A DNA stretch of 64,000 nucleotides from an uncultured Eubacteriales bacterium. GTDB taxonomy: Bacteria > Bacillota > Clostridia > Oscillospirales > CAG-272. The notes beneath the pieces were generated by a model. That model was not told the DNA's origin and did not search any database. It was given only the letters and a program-made list of their open reading frames with translations. Below, piece by piece: positions 17,218 to 25,765 of this stretch. The first letter of the stretch is position 1. The number at the start of each line of letters is the position of its first letter. The stretch covers positions 137,945 to 201,944 of the forward strand of contig CAKRZE010000001.1 in NCBI GenBank assembly GCA_934432725.1. Direction: 5' to 3'. Both the position numbers and the translations under genes were made by a program.

Positions 17218-18003
17218 TTACAGACAGGAAAACGGATTGCGAAGCTTCATTTCCGGAACGAGTGTCAGACCGAATTCCTGCCGCAGTGCATCCGCCTCCC
17301 GTTCCGTTTCCGGCTTCCATACGGCATCCGGAGAATGGGCATCGCAGCCGTAAATAACCGGATTCTGCATTTCGCCCACGATCTTAAGAAAACGTCTGCT
17401 CGGATAATGCCGGCGTTCCCTCAGACCCAGAAAATTAATTTCCAGGGGAATATCGCATTCCTTTGCGCAGGCACAGAGCCGACGCATTTCTTTCTCATAT
17501 ACCGCATCGTCACCGGTAAAATTCAACACATCCGGGTGTGCCATATAGGAAAAGCAGCCGGTCCGAAGCCCCTCACAGGTCTGATCCACAAAGCATTTCA
17601 GAATATCGGGGTTATCGGTGGGATTCGGACACCACCATGCACCCTCATCAAATTCATTTTTGGTAAAATGCTGCCCCATAATCAGATAATCCAACGGATA
17701 GTCATGCAGAAAAGCAAGCGTTTTCCGGAAAAGCTTCGGATAATATTCCGCTTCAAACCCGATCAGGATCCGGATATCGTTCCTGTATTCCTCCCGCAGA
17801 CGAAGAAGTGTTTCAAAATAGTCCGGGGTATCCTCGTGCGTCACACGGAAGCCGGAATATTCCCCGCCTTCAAAAACATAGGGAGAATGATCCGAAAATC
17901 CGAGGATCCGGATGCCATGTGCAATCGCCGTTTCGATATATTCGCGCTCTGTTCCGACGGCATGGTGACAACGAAAGGTGTGTGTGTGATAATTGGCGTA
18001 CAT
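17218..18003 (-). CDS. Histidinol-phosphatase, HisJ/PHP family
   Basis: MYANYHTHTFRCHHA... PHP metal-binding N-terminus with further His/Asp motifs. 261 aa, the typical HisJ length. Confidence 0.8.
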   Translation of the reverse strand: MYANYHTHTFRCHHAVGTEREYIETAIAHGIRILGFSDHSPYVFEGGEYSGFRVTHEDTPDYFETLLRLREEYRNDIRILIGFEAEYYPKLFRKTLAFLHDYPLDYLIMGQHFTKNEFDEGAWWCPNPTDNPDILKCFVDQTCEGLRTGCFSYMAHPDVLNFTGDDAVYEKEMRRLCACAKECDIPLEINFLGLRERRHYPSRRFLKIVGEMQNPVIYGCDAHSPDAVWKPETEREADALRQEFGLTLVPEMKLRNPFSCL

Positions 18004-18065
18004 AACGTTTGATACTCCTTAAAAAATGAAATGATCCTGCTGCAATCATATCTCAGGCAAGCTTT

Positions 18066-20405
18066 TCAGCCCTGCGCTTCCGTTTTATCTATGATGTCCG
18101 GATAAAATTCCCCAAACTTCAGGATACACTCCGGAATATCCTTCGGGAACCCGCCCGGAAATGTGACGCGGACAGAGATACTGACCGGCTCATCGGACAA
18201 CGAAGCATAGTCCTCAGACTGAATTAAAATATACGCGTAATACATGTCCGCATTGATTGCAGGTTCCTTTCCGAGGATATTCAGAAGGAACGAAAGGCTG
18301 TCTGCAACATCATCCCGATCGTCGGCCGCGTCGCCGGTATTGTACGGCAGACGGATATGCGCCTCCCGTGCGTTATAATTGTCGTAAAGATCAAAAACCA
18401 AATAGTACTGCCCTGTGATTTCATTCCGCTGCATGGCTTCCAGTATCTCAAATGCCCGATCGACCTCAGCCTGCTCTTCCGCCGCGACATAACTCCTGTA
18501 TTTGGCAGCTGCCTGCGGGCAGATATCCTCATAGAGCGGAATGCGCACCCGAATGCTTTTCATCTCCTGAACGGTCGAAACCGCAAAGGTGCAGAGCGGT
18601 CCGTCGGGATTGTAGGTCCGTTCCGCCGATTCTTCGTCTCCGGAACCATATGTCGGAACAGACAAGCCGTGAAGCCGGTTGTACCACGCGGTAAAATCGG
18701 AAACGGCGACCTCATACCGCATGATATCATAGACCTCCTTCAGCTGCTTCTGCGTCAGCTTCGTGCCTTCCTGATAAATCATAATATCCTGTTCGCTGCA
18801 CTCCGGCAGATTCATATAAAGCTGTCGGACCTCGTCATTGTCCCGCAGCATTCTGACAATCATCTGCATATCAACGGAAGAAATATATATGCGGCGGTAA
18901 CGGGTTCCGCCTGCCGTCCGGATGCTGCAGGTGATAGTCTCCACGAAATCCCCATAATTATTGTAAGAATCAGCCTGTTTTTCGTAATAGGACTTGATCT
19001 GCTCTTCAATATCGGCATATGGCGCTTTTTTGTTCTTCAGATTTTTCACGTTGTTCTGCAAGGACCGGGAAATCATGAGAATGGTATCATGATCCGTAAT
19101 CCGGAGTGCCCCGATTTTCTGCTCCAGATAGCCTTGGAAGGTGTATACAGAGGAAGATGAGAGTTTTGTGACGTCCGGCAGAATGCTGATGCTTTGAATC
19201 TGCTCCTCGGAGGGCGTATAGTTCAGCGCGGCAGAATGAGCACCGAACAGCCCTCCGATCAAAGCACCGTTGAGCAGCACGACAATCCCGAGCGCGGGGA
19301 CGGCGCGGAGAAGATTCTTCCACTTTTTTGTGGTAATCAGTTCATAGATAAAGTAGATCAGGATCGCAATGATATAAAGCACCGTATACTGGAAGAATTC
19401 CGTGGAATGCATCCGATGCCCGGATATCAGATTATTGAACAGAATGCAGGTAACAAGAGAGCAGTATGCCATCGTTACGGTGATCCGGTACAGTGCCTGA
19501 AGCTTCCGGTTCGGTGCCGCAGCCGAGGCGGATTCCGACGGACGCTTCCGGAACAGAATACAGCCCGCCGCAAAATAAACCGCGGCAAGACAGAAGGTAT
19601 ACAGCGCAGCCTTCCCGCTTGTGAGAATCACCGATGGAGAAACGTCAAAGTAACTGCCGAACAAAAGATCAAACGTGCCGTACACACACCCGGTCACAAT
19701 ATTGTAATCGGAACCGAACAGCGGAAAAATCCGGTTTGTCACAAGAATCGGAAGCGCCTCTGTCAGGACATAGCAGATGAGAGCGATCAGAAGCCGCGGC
19801 AGAAAGAGCAAAAGTCCGCTCAGAATCAGATTGTTGAAGCGCGTGCCCGTGATGGACATTGCCGTCACGATTACGCAGGAAACCAGAAGCGAGGCGATCA
19901 GACAGTTCAGCGCCAGCATGAGCATAGAAGCAAAATTCAGAGCCAGAAAGCGATGACAAATCAGAATGGCAGTCACGGAAATCAAAGTGCTGCCGCCGAT
20001 GATAACGGCAAGCCATGTGGAAATTGCAGCCATAAAGCTGACATAAATACAGGTGCGGGTATGCGGAAGCGCGTGGTAAAAATCGGAGGTGTTCCGCTTA
20101 TTCAGAAAGCCGAATAAGCCGAGCGTCATAATCGGAGCAGCCAGAACAAAGGCTGCGATCAGAATCGGATGCACGGAAAGACCGATGACATGCTGCACAC
20201 TCGGCGTTCCGGAAAGTGCCGATGAATAATATCTGATGCGGGAAAGCTCGTTTACAACGTATCCGATCGGAAAAAGAATTGCTTCAATTGAGAAAATAAC
20301 AAGCATCAGGATCCCGGTCAGCTTCAGTTGCCTTAACCCCTCCAGATATAAACCGATCTGAAAAAATTTATTCTTTTTCATAAATAGAACCGTTGCCTTG
20401 CGCAA
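18066..20405 (-). CDS. Large ABC-transporter-associated permease with ~390 aa C-terminal non-membrane domain
   Basis: The N-terminal half has about 10-12 hydrophobic helices and the C-terminal half is soluble-looking. TTG start at 20405 with RBS AAGGAAG. It lies directly downstream of the ABC ATPase. Confidence 0.6.
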   Translation of the reverse strand: MRKATVLFMKKNKFFQIGLYLEGLRQLKLTGILMLVIFSIEAILFPIGYVVNELSRIRYYSSALSGTPSVQHVIGLSVHPILIAAFVLAAPIMTLGLFGFLNKRNTSDFYHALPHTRTCIYVSFMAAISTWLAVIIGGSTLISVTAILICHRFLALNFASMLMLALNCLIASLLVSCVIVTAMSITGTRFNNLILSGLLLFLPRLLIALICYVLTEALPILVTNRIFPLFGSDYNIVTGCVYGTFDLLFGSYFDVSPSVILTSGKAALYTFCLAAVYFAAGCILFRKRPSESASAAAPNRKLQALYRITVTMAYCSLVTCILFNNLISGHRMHSTEFFQYTVLYIIAILIYFIYELITTKKWKNLLRAVPALGIVVLLNGALIGGLFGAHSAALNYTPSEEQIQSISILPDVTKLSSSSVYTFQGYLEQKIGALRITDHDTILMISRSLQNNVKNLKNKKAPYADIEEQIKSYYEKQADSYNNYGDFVETITCSIRTAGGTRYRRIYISSVDMQMIVRMLRDNDEVRQLYMNLPECSEQDIMIYQEGTKLTQKQLKEVYDIMRYEVAVSDFTAWYNRLHGLSVPTYGSGDEESAERTYNPDGPLCTFAVSTVQEMKSIRVRIPLYEDICPQAAAKYRSYVAAEEQAEVDRAFEILEAMQRNEITGQYYLVFDLYDNYNAREAHIRLPYNTGDAADDRDDVADSLSFLLNILGKEPAINADMYYAYILIQSEDYASLSDEPVSISVRVTFPGGFPKDIPECILKFGEFYPDIIDKTEAQG

Positions 20406-20489
20406 GCGAAGGCTTCCTTTCTGTCTCAGAGGTGATCTGCCGCAGCGTGTTCTTCGGCAGAAATAACAGCGGATTCTTCCCTTTCGTAA

Positions 20490-21386
20490 TCAGCCTTCGG
20501 ATTGAAAGGAATAGCCGAGTGCCTCCATCTCATACGTGAATACTTCTTCCAGCGTCAAGGGAAGCACATCCAGAATCACCGGATGCAGGGCAGACAGCCT
20601 GCTCACTGTCTCTTCCCTGTCGCCCTTGACAATCATATTGGAAACGGAGCCGTGCTTGACGAAATACAGGATATCAAGCCCCGCAAAAAGGTCCTTTGTA
20701 TACTCCTCCCGGAAAGCAATCTGGATCTTGAACTGCGTGGTTTTCAGCTTTTGGATATCGCTTTCCAGAACCAGACCGCCCTTGTGCAGAAGCGACAGCT
20801 GATCACAGGTATCCTCCAGCTCACGCAGAGAGTGCGAGGTGATAATGGCGGAGGCGTTCCGCTCCACAACATCTTGGCAGATCAGGCGCTTGACATAATT
20901 CCGCATGACCGGATCCAGACCGTCAAAGGTTTCATCAAAAAAGATGTAGTCCGGACGGGTGGAAATTGCAAGAATGGTAGCTGCCTGCCGTTTCATTCCC
21001 TTTGAAAAGGTTACAATCGGCTTTTCCGGGTTCAGCTTGAAGGTGCCGGTCAATTCGCGGAACCTTCCCCAGTCGAAATGCGGGTAAACAGAACGGTACA
21101 TCCGCGCCATCCGATACATGGTTGCACCGCCGAGGAAGTAAAGCTCATCCGGAACATACGCAATTCTTGATTTGACAGCGGGATTCTCCCAGACCGGCAT
21201 TCCGTCGATGAGAACACTGCCGCCGTCCGGCTTGTATACACCGGAAAGCAGTCTTAAAAACGTAGATTTTCCGGCTCCGTTTGATCCGACCATGCCGTAA
21301 ATACATCCATCCTCAATGGTGGCGGATATATGGTTCAGCGCACAGAAGCCATCGAAATATTTACACAGTTGATCCGATTTTATCAT
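20490..21386 (-). CDS. ABC transporter ATP-binding protein
   Basis: Walker A GSNGAGKST, signature-like FSKGMKRQ, and Walker B IFFDETFDGLD. Start at the internal ATG (MIKSDQL). Confidence 0.85.
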   Translation of the reverse strand: MIKSDQLCKYFDGFCALNHISATIEDGCIYGMVGSNGAGKSTFLRLLSGVYKPDGGSVLIDGMPVWENPAVKSRIAYVPDELYFLGGATMYRMARMYRSVYPHFDWGRFRELTGTFKLNPEKPIVTFSKGMKRQAATILAISTRPDYIFFDETFDGLDPVMRNYVKRLICQDVVERNASAIITSHSLRELEDTCDQLSLLHKGGLVLESDIQKLKTTQFKIQIAFREEYTKDLFAGLDILYFVKHGSVSNMIVKGDREETVSRLSALHPVILDVLPLTLEEVFTYEMEALGYSFQSEG

Positions 21387-21747
21387 AGCGGTCACTTCTT
21401 TCGCGTAACGAAAGCATCCTTTCTTACAAGATAAAACGCAAACTCCCGGAACATGTACGGCTGCCGCAAAAAAATGAAACGGAATCCGGCAGCCTTTCAA
21501 ATGGGATATAGCGCTTTGAAATGGCGGAACGGCGGAATATAGCCAGCCCTGACGGCAGGCTCGGCGCCAATCCTCAATCTTTGCAATGCTCAATCAATTC
21601 TTCAAACAGGCCTGATATTTTTGTACGGCAGTCGAAAGCTGCGTCATGGCAAGTGCTTCCGCACCGGAGCAAAACGCAGGAAAATGCTCAGAATCCGAAA
21701 TACAGCTCCCATTGGATATGTCCCAATGCGGCAAAACGCTTCAAGCG

Positions 21748-21783
21748 GATGAAGCCGGGAAATTCCGCAAAATCGCCGGCAGA
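21748..21783 (-). repeat. Degenerate copy of the X-type repeat core
   Basis: The minus strand reads TCTGCCGGCGATTTTGCGGAATTTCCCGGCTTCATC, versus TCTGCCGCATTTTGCGAATTTGCCGGCTTTGCCGTC at 43659-43694. A nearby 14-mer, GCTGCGTCATGGCA (21638-21651, plus strand), is identical to the minus strand of 24362-24375. Confidence 0.35.
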
Positions 21784-21805
21784 CGGCGTATCGCGGAAGA
21801 GCGGC

Positions 21806-22180
21806 TCAACATGAGCCTGTGCCGTACACGCTGTCCACGCAGCCGGATATTTCTTCCCGGGTTATGCCGGCAAGCGCCAGCTCGGAAAGCAGCACATAAA
21901 GCTCTTTCAGCCTTCCGCGCTTATACTGATGGAGCACTTCGATCGCGTTGTCACAGACAAAGCGTCCCTTTCCCGGGACAGAATGAATGACGCCGCGCAG
22001 ATCAAGCTCGGAATATGCTTTTTGAACCGTATTGGGGTTGATCGACAGTTCGATGGATAAATTTCGCACAGACGGAATCTGTTCACCTTCCTTCAGAAGT
22101 CCTGTCAGAATCAGTCTTTCCGTCTGCTCTATGATTTGCTCATATACAGGCTGTCTGGACATCGGATCTATCTGGAACAT
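21806..22180 (-). CDS. GntR-family (YtrA-like) transcriptional regulator
   Basis: MFQIDPMSRQPVYEQIIEQTERLILTGLLKEGEQIPSVRNLSIELSINPNTVQKAYSEL is a canonical GntR wHTH. Short C-terminal domain, located upstream of ABC genes. Confidence 0.85.
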   Translation of the reverse strand: MFQIDPMSRQPVYEQIIEQTERLILTGLLKEGEQIPSVRNLSIELSINPNTVQKAYSELDLRGVIHSVPGKGRFVCDNAIEVLHQYKRGRLKELYVLLSELALAGITREEISGCVDSVYGTGSC

Positions 22181-22224
22181 ATTTCGTCTCCTTTCACGCG
22201 TACTATTCCACATGGTACAGTTAT

Positions 22225-22253
22225 ATCATACCACCCCTTTTCCGTTTTGTCAA
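22225..22253 (-). promoter_or_regulatory. Promoter of the GntR/ABC operon
   Basis: The minus strand reads TTGACA, 17 nt, TATGAT, about 40 nt upstream of the GntR start. Confidence 0.55.
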
Positions 22254-22802
22254 GACCAATCAACCGAAGATGTAAGACTTTTTGTATCCTCCAAGCCGCA
22301 ATATCAATCAGACTTGCATTCACATAATCGGACATGGCGGGCGAATGCTTTCGGGAAGCTTTCTTTTCCTTAAAACCAAGGAGCTGTTCATGAAAAAACC
22401 GTTTTTTCGGACCGTTTATTCTCCGAAAGAATCCGGCAAGCCGATCCGAAAAAGAGGCGTTTGTGCCAAGCTTAACACTGTAGCTGCCAGCGGAAGCTGT
22501 CCGGAATTCCGATTTCTGTTATTTTTAAACGAAGCGTTTCCTGTTCCGTCCGGATACATTGCACTGCGGCACTTCAGCCGCAGCTTGGATTCATCATTTT
22601 CTCAAGCTCCGAATCACAGCATATCGCCGGGCAAATGGCGGCATATGGACCCGTTTGCAGCGCTCCGGGAAAGTACGCCACCGCAAATGCAGCCGTCTCC
22701 GGCTCCGTCAAGGGCGGCTCGGTCCGTTGGAGTCCGTGCATCCTGTTTCCCGCAGGTCAAAATCCAGGAGATTGCTCCGCGTTGGAAAAATCATGCACAA
22801 TC

Positions 22803-22831
22803 AAAAACCGCATCCCGGAAAAGGGATGCGG
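22803..22831 (-). terminator. Rho-independent terminator (minus strand)
   Basis: CCGCATCCC / GGGATGCGG stem with a 6 nt loop. On the minus strand it is followed by TTTTT. It lies 175 nt downstream of the NagD-like gene. Confidence 0.6.
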
Positions 22832-23006
22832 CTGGATTGTCTGAATTTGTGCGGAATCCAAAAACTGCCGGAGAGGGTGCTCGGCGCTTTTCAATGCCGG
22901 AGCTTCCCGATACCGGCACATGACAAGCCAGCCGTGCGGGCGCTCAAAGTCCCGGTGCAGGCTGCGTGACCTTTGCGAGCAGTCACCTTTTAGCTTGTCA
23001 CCCTGA

Positions 23007-23816
23007 TCAAGGCTCCGCTTTTGCCATAGCGGCAATATCTCCGACGCCGCTTAAAACGATGCTCGGACGGTACGCATACTTATTCAGCGTTTCGCGGGTG
23101 GAAACGCCGGAGAGCACCAGAACGGTTGTCATACCGCTCTCCATCCCGGAAATCACATCTGTATCCATCCGGTCTCCGACCATAACCGCTTCGGCAGAGT
23201 GGCATTGCAGCATCCGCAGCCCGGTACGCATCATCAAGGGATTCGGTTTTCCGCAGAAATACGCCTGCTTCCCTGTCGCCATTTCAATGGGAGAGATCAG
23301 CGCACGGCAGGCGGGGGCAATTCCGCTTTCAATGGGTCCGGAAACATCGGAATTGGCACCGATCAGCTTTGCACCTGACATGACTAAATTGGTGGCTTTG
23401 GTCAGGGTATCCAGGGAGTAGGACCTTCCCTCGCCCACCACCACATAATCCGGATTGACATCGTTCATAGTGATGCCTGCATCGTACAGCGCATTCAGAA
23501 GTCCAGCCTCCCCGATTGCAAACACAGAGCATCCCGGCGACTGCTCCTTCAGGAAAGCAGCCGTTGCCAGTGCGCTGGTATAGAAATGCTCCTCCGGCAC
23601 ATCCAGCCCCATCCGGCCAAGCTTTTGGTTCAGCTCACGCGGTGTATATCCGCTGTTGTTGGTGAGGAAAAGATATTCCTTTTTTTCATCATGAAGCCAC
23701 TGAATAAATTCAGCCACGCCCGGCAGGATGCGGTTCCCATGATAGATCACGCCGTCCATATCGCAGATGAATCCCTTTTTCTTATTGAAATCGATCGCAT
23801 TTGCCGCAGTTCCCAT
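23007..23816 (-). CDS. HAD-IIA family sugar phosphatase (NagD-like)
   Basis: FICDMDGVIYHG (DxDG motif), LFLTNNSG, and the C-terminal VGDRMDTDV motif. Confidence 0.85.
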   Translation of the reverse strand: MGTAANAIDFNKKKGFICDMDGVIYHGNRILPGVAEFIQWLHDEKKEYLFLTNNSGYTPRELNQKLGRMGLDVPEEHFYTSALATAAFLKEQSPGCSVFAIGEAGLLNALYDAGITMNDVNPDYVVVGEGRSYSLDTLTKATNLVMSGAKLIGANSDVSGPIESGIAPACRALISPIEMATGKQAYFCGKPNPLMMRTGLRMLQCHSAEAVMVGDRMDTDVISGMESGMTTVLVLSGVSTRETLNKYAYRPSIVLSGVGDIAAMAKAEP

Positions 23817-23993
23817 ACAGTATCGCTCCTTTGTTATGTAATTCGACTGAAAAAGCTTCCGGTAAAAGCTGTTTTTCGGCTGTACGCCGTTCTTTTTTGA
23901 TTTATGACCTTCCGGCGCCGAAAAGCCGGTCAGTTATGTCCGTTGTTTGATCATATAACCCGAAATTCGGAAGAAATTTTGATTTTCCGGACA

Positions 23994-24176
23994 TCAGTCA
24001 TCCATTTTTTGTGTAATGATCGGTTTTCCGTCTTTATCCAGAAGCGGAGTCAGCCCGCCCGCATGTCCGTCTTGATGAAACAGATAATTTACACCTGTTT
24101 CATTATCTACCCAGATTTCCATGGTTGTCAATGTTCCCTGCGTATAAAGCACTTCGAACCGTTTCCCTTTTGACAT
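23994..24176 (-). CDS. Small conserved hypothetical protein (DUF6440-like)
   Basis: MSKGKRFEVLYTQGTLTTMEIWVDNETGVNYLFHQDGHAGGLTPLLDKDGKPIITQ. Strong RBS GGAGGAAAAG before the ATG. Family name is from memory of similar small Firmicute proteins. Confidence 0.6.
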   Translation of the reverse strand: MSKGKRFEVLYTQGTLTTMEIWVDNETGVNYLFHQDGHAGGLTPLLDKDGKPIITQKMDD

Positions 24177-24360
24177 TTCTTTTCCTCCGAATAAATGATT
24201 TCCAAACACTGTCATGATGCAATTACAGAAAGAAGCCTGAATCAACGATGCATTTTGAAACCCGCCCGGGATTGGCACCCGCCGCCGTCAGCATCGGTCA
24301 TTTCCAAAGGAATCCCGGAGAGGAACGGTATGCAGCCGCATAATGTTGATTCCGCCAATT

Positions 24361-24478
24361 CTGCCATGACGCAGCAAAAGTGGGCATTTTTGCGAGACCG
24401 TCAATTGCGCAGCCGCGCGGGGAGCGCGGACACAGCGCACAGCGGCTGGATTTTGCCGCTTCCGCAAAAGCTCTGCGC
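24361..24478 (-). ncRNA. A-type structured module (candidate ncRNA or cis-leader), copy upstream of the DUF6440-like gene
   Basis: On the minus strand: closing helix GCGCAG (24478-24473) / CTGCGC (24412-24407) encloses hairpins TTTTGC..GCAAAA, CAGC..GCTG and CCGCGC-TCCCC-GCGCGG. This is followed by AA, then TTGACGGTCTCGCAAAAATG. Same layout as modules at 45313-45420 and 45544-45660, with compensatory helix changes. Confidence 0.45.
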
Positions 24479-24489
24479 ATGATATCTCA

Positions 24490-24578
24490 AATCAAGCAAG
24501 CCTTCATGAATTTGCGGCGAAGCCGGCAAATTCGCAAAATGCGGCAGACCAACTATGCCTCTCAGGAAAATGTTATCC
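24490..24578 (-). repeat. X-type repeat module (head ATGCGGATAACA plus core CTGCCGCATTTTGCGAATTTGCCGGCTTCGCCGCAAATTCA)
   Basis: About 85% identical by eye over ~100 nt to 43623-43720, and ~75% to 45436-45537. Confidence 0.6.
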
Positions 24579-24584
24579 GCATTG

Positions 24585-24613
24585 ATTATACCATAAATCA
24601 TCTGAAAAATCAA
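24585..24613 (-). promoter_or_regulatory. Near-consensus promoter heading the X/A composite
   Basis: The minus strand reads TTGATT, then a 17 nt spacer ending in TGG, then TATAAT (extended -10). Confidence 0.55.
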
Positions 24614-24657
24614 TGCTTTCCTGACCGCCTTCCGAAAACAGTTCCGACAGTGCAGCC

Positions 24658-24681
24658 ATATCGATATAGTCATATCGATAT
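24658..24681. promoter_or_regulatory. Twin 10-bp perfect palindromes ATATCGATAT-AGTC-ATATCGATAT (operator-like)
   Basis: Read directly. Located between the divergent X-module promoter (24585-24613) and the nfnA promoter (24694-24722). Confidence 0.4.
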
Positions 24682-24693
24682 GCAATTTTTATA

Positions 24694-24722
24694 TTGCAAT
24701 ATAGAAAGCCCTGTGCTATAAT
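24694..24722 (+). promoter_or_regulatory. Promoter of nfnAB
   Basis: TTGCAA, then a 17 nt spacer ending in TGC, then TATAAT. Leaves a ~175 nt leader before ATG 24906. Confidence 0.55.
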
Positions 24723-24905
24723 GGGAGCATGGGACATGTATATATGCCCTTCTGTACGGTCGGAGACCCCCCGCACCTTTTGTAAAGTATGAAACCTATT
24801 TTGAGTTCACAGCCGCAAAAGCGGAGCTGTCTCTTTCCGACCGCCAAGATTTTGTTATTTTTAACCGGAATTTCTCCGAATATCCGGTTCGAAAGGAGTA
24901 CAGGC

Positions 24906-25763
24906 ATGTATCAGATTGTAAAAAAGGAACGTTTGAATCCCACTGTTACGCGCATGGAAATCTCGGCACCGTTTGTCGCAGCGAAGGCTGAACCGGGACA
25001 ATTCATTATTCTGAGGGTCGATGCAGACGGTGAACGAATTCCGCTCACCATCGCTGATTTCGACCGGCAAAAAGGGACTGTCACAATCATTTTTCAGATT
25101 GTCGGCGCAACGACCGAAAAACTGAACCACAAAGAAGAGGGTGACTTCATTCAGGATTTTGTCGGTCCGCTCGGCATTGCCGCGGAAACAGACCATTTGA
25201 AAAATGTTTGTATTGTCGGCGGAGGCGTTGGCTGTGCCATCGCGCTTCCTATCGCAAAGAAACTGCACCAGCACGGCTGCAAGGTCACATCCGTGATCGG
25301 ATTCCGCTCCAAGGATCTTCTGATTCTGGAGGACGATTTCAGAGAAGCATCGGACAAGCTGGTTGTCATGACGGATGACGGCTCCTATGGGCGTCACGGA
25401 AACGTCTGCGTCCCCCTGAAGGAAATGCTGGACAGCGGTGAGACGTTCGACCGCGTTATCACGATCGGTCCTCTGATCATGATGAAATTTGTGGTTGCAA
25501 CCGTCAAGCCCTTTGGCGTACCGTGCACTGTTTCCATGAACCCGATCATGATTGATGGAACCGGCATGTGCGGCGGATGCCGTCTGACACTCCATGAGGC
25601 TGACGGCTCAAAGGTCACGAAATTCGCCTGTGTTGACGGTCCGGACTTCGATGGCTATGCCGTTGACTTTGACGAAGCAATGTCAAGAGGCGCCATGTAC
25701 CGTGATTTTGAGCGCCATGCATATGAAGAAACCTGCAATCTTTTCCGGAAGGAGGCTGACTAA
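24906..25763 (+). CDS. nfnA: NADH-dependent ferredoxin:NADP+ oxidoreductase small subunit (sulfide/dihydroorotate dehydrogenase-like FAD/NAD-binding protein)
   Basis: MYQIVKKERLNPTVTRMEISAPFVAAKAEPGQFIILRVDADGERIPLTIADFD..., with C-terminal Cys cluster CGGCRL...C. RBS AAGGAG. Paired with a gltD-like gene 3 nt downstream. Confidence 0.8.
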   Translation: MYQIVKKERLNPTVTRMEISAPFVAAKAEPGQFIILRVDADGERIPLTIADFDRQKGTVTIIFQIVGATTEKLNHKEEGDFIQDFVGPLGIAAETDHLKNVCIVGGGVGCAIALPIAKKLHQHGCKVTSVIGFRSKDLLILEDDFREASDKLVVMTDDGSYGRHGNVCVPLKEMLDSGETFDRVITIGPLIMMKFVVATVKPFGVPCTVSMNPIMIDGTGMCGGCRLTLHEADGSKVTKFACVDGPDFDGYAVDFDEAMSRGAMYRDFERHAYEETCNLFRKEAD

Positions 25764-25765
25764 GA

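Noticed and set aside
22282-22969. Plus-strand ORFs of 213 and 136 aa in the 22.2-23.0 kb gap. I also searched the gap by eye for SRP RNA, 6S, tmRNA and cobalamin or TPP riboswitches.
   Set aside because: The ORFs are low-complexity and run through a minus-strand terminator. None of the hallmark motifs I remember is present: the SRP GGAAG/AGCA loop, the tmRNA tRNA-like end, the B12 box GCCACTG, or the THI CTGAGA box.
25594-25765. N-terminal 57-codon extension of the nfnB ORF, overlapping nfnA.
   Set aside because: The extension is the out-of-frame 3' end of nfnA. The conserved protein starts at MAAHNM (25766), 3 nt after the nfnA stop.
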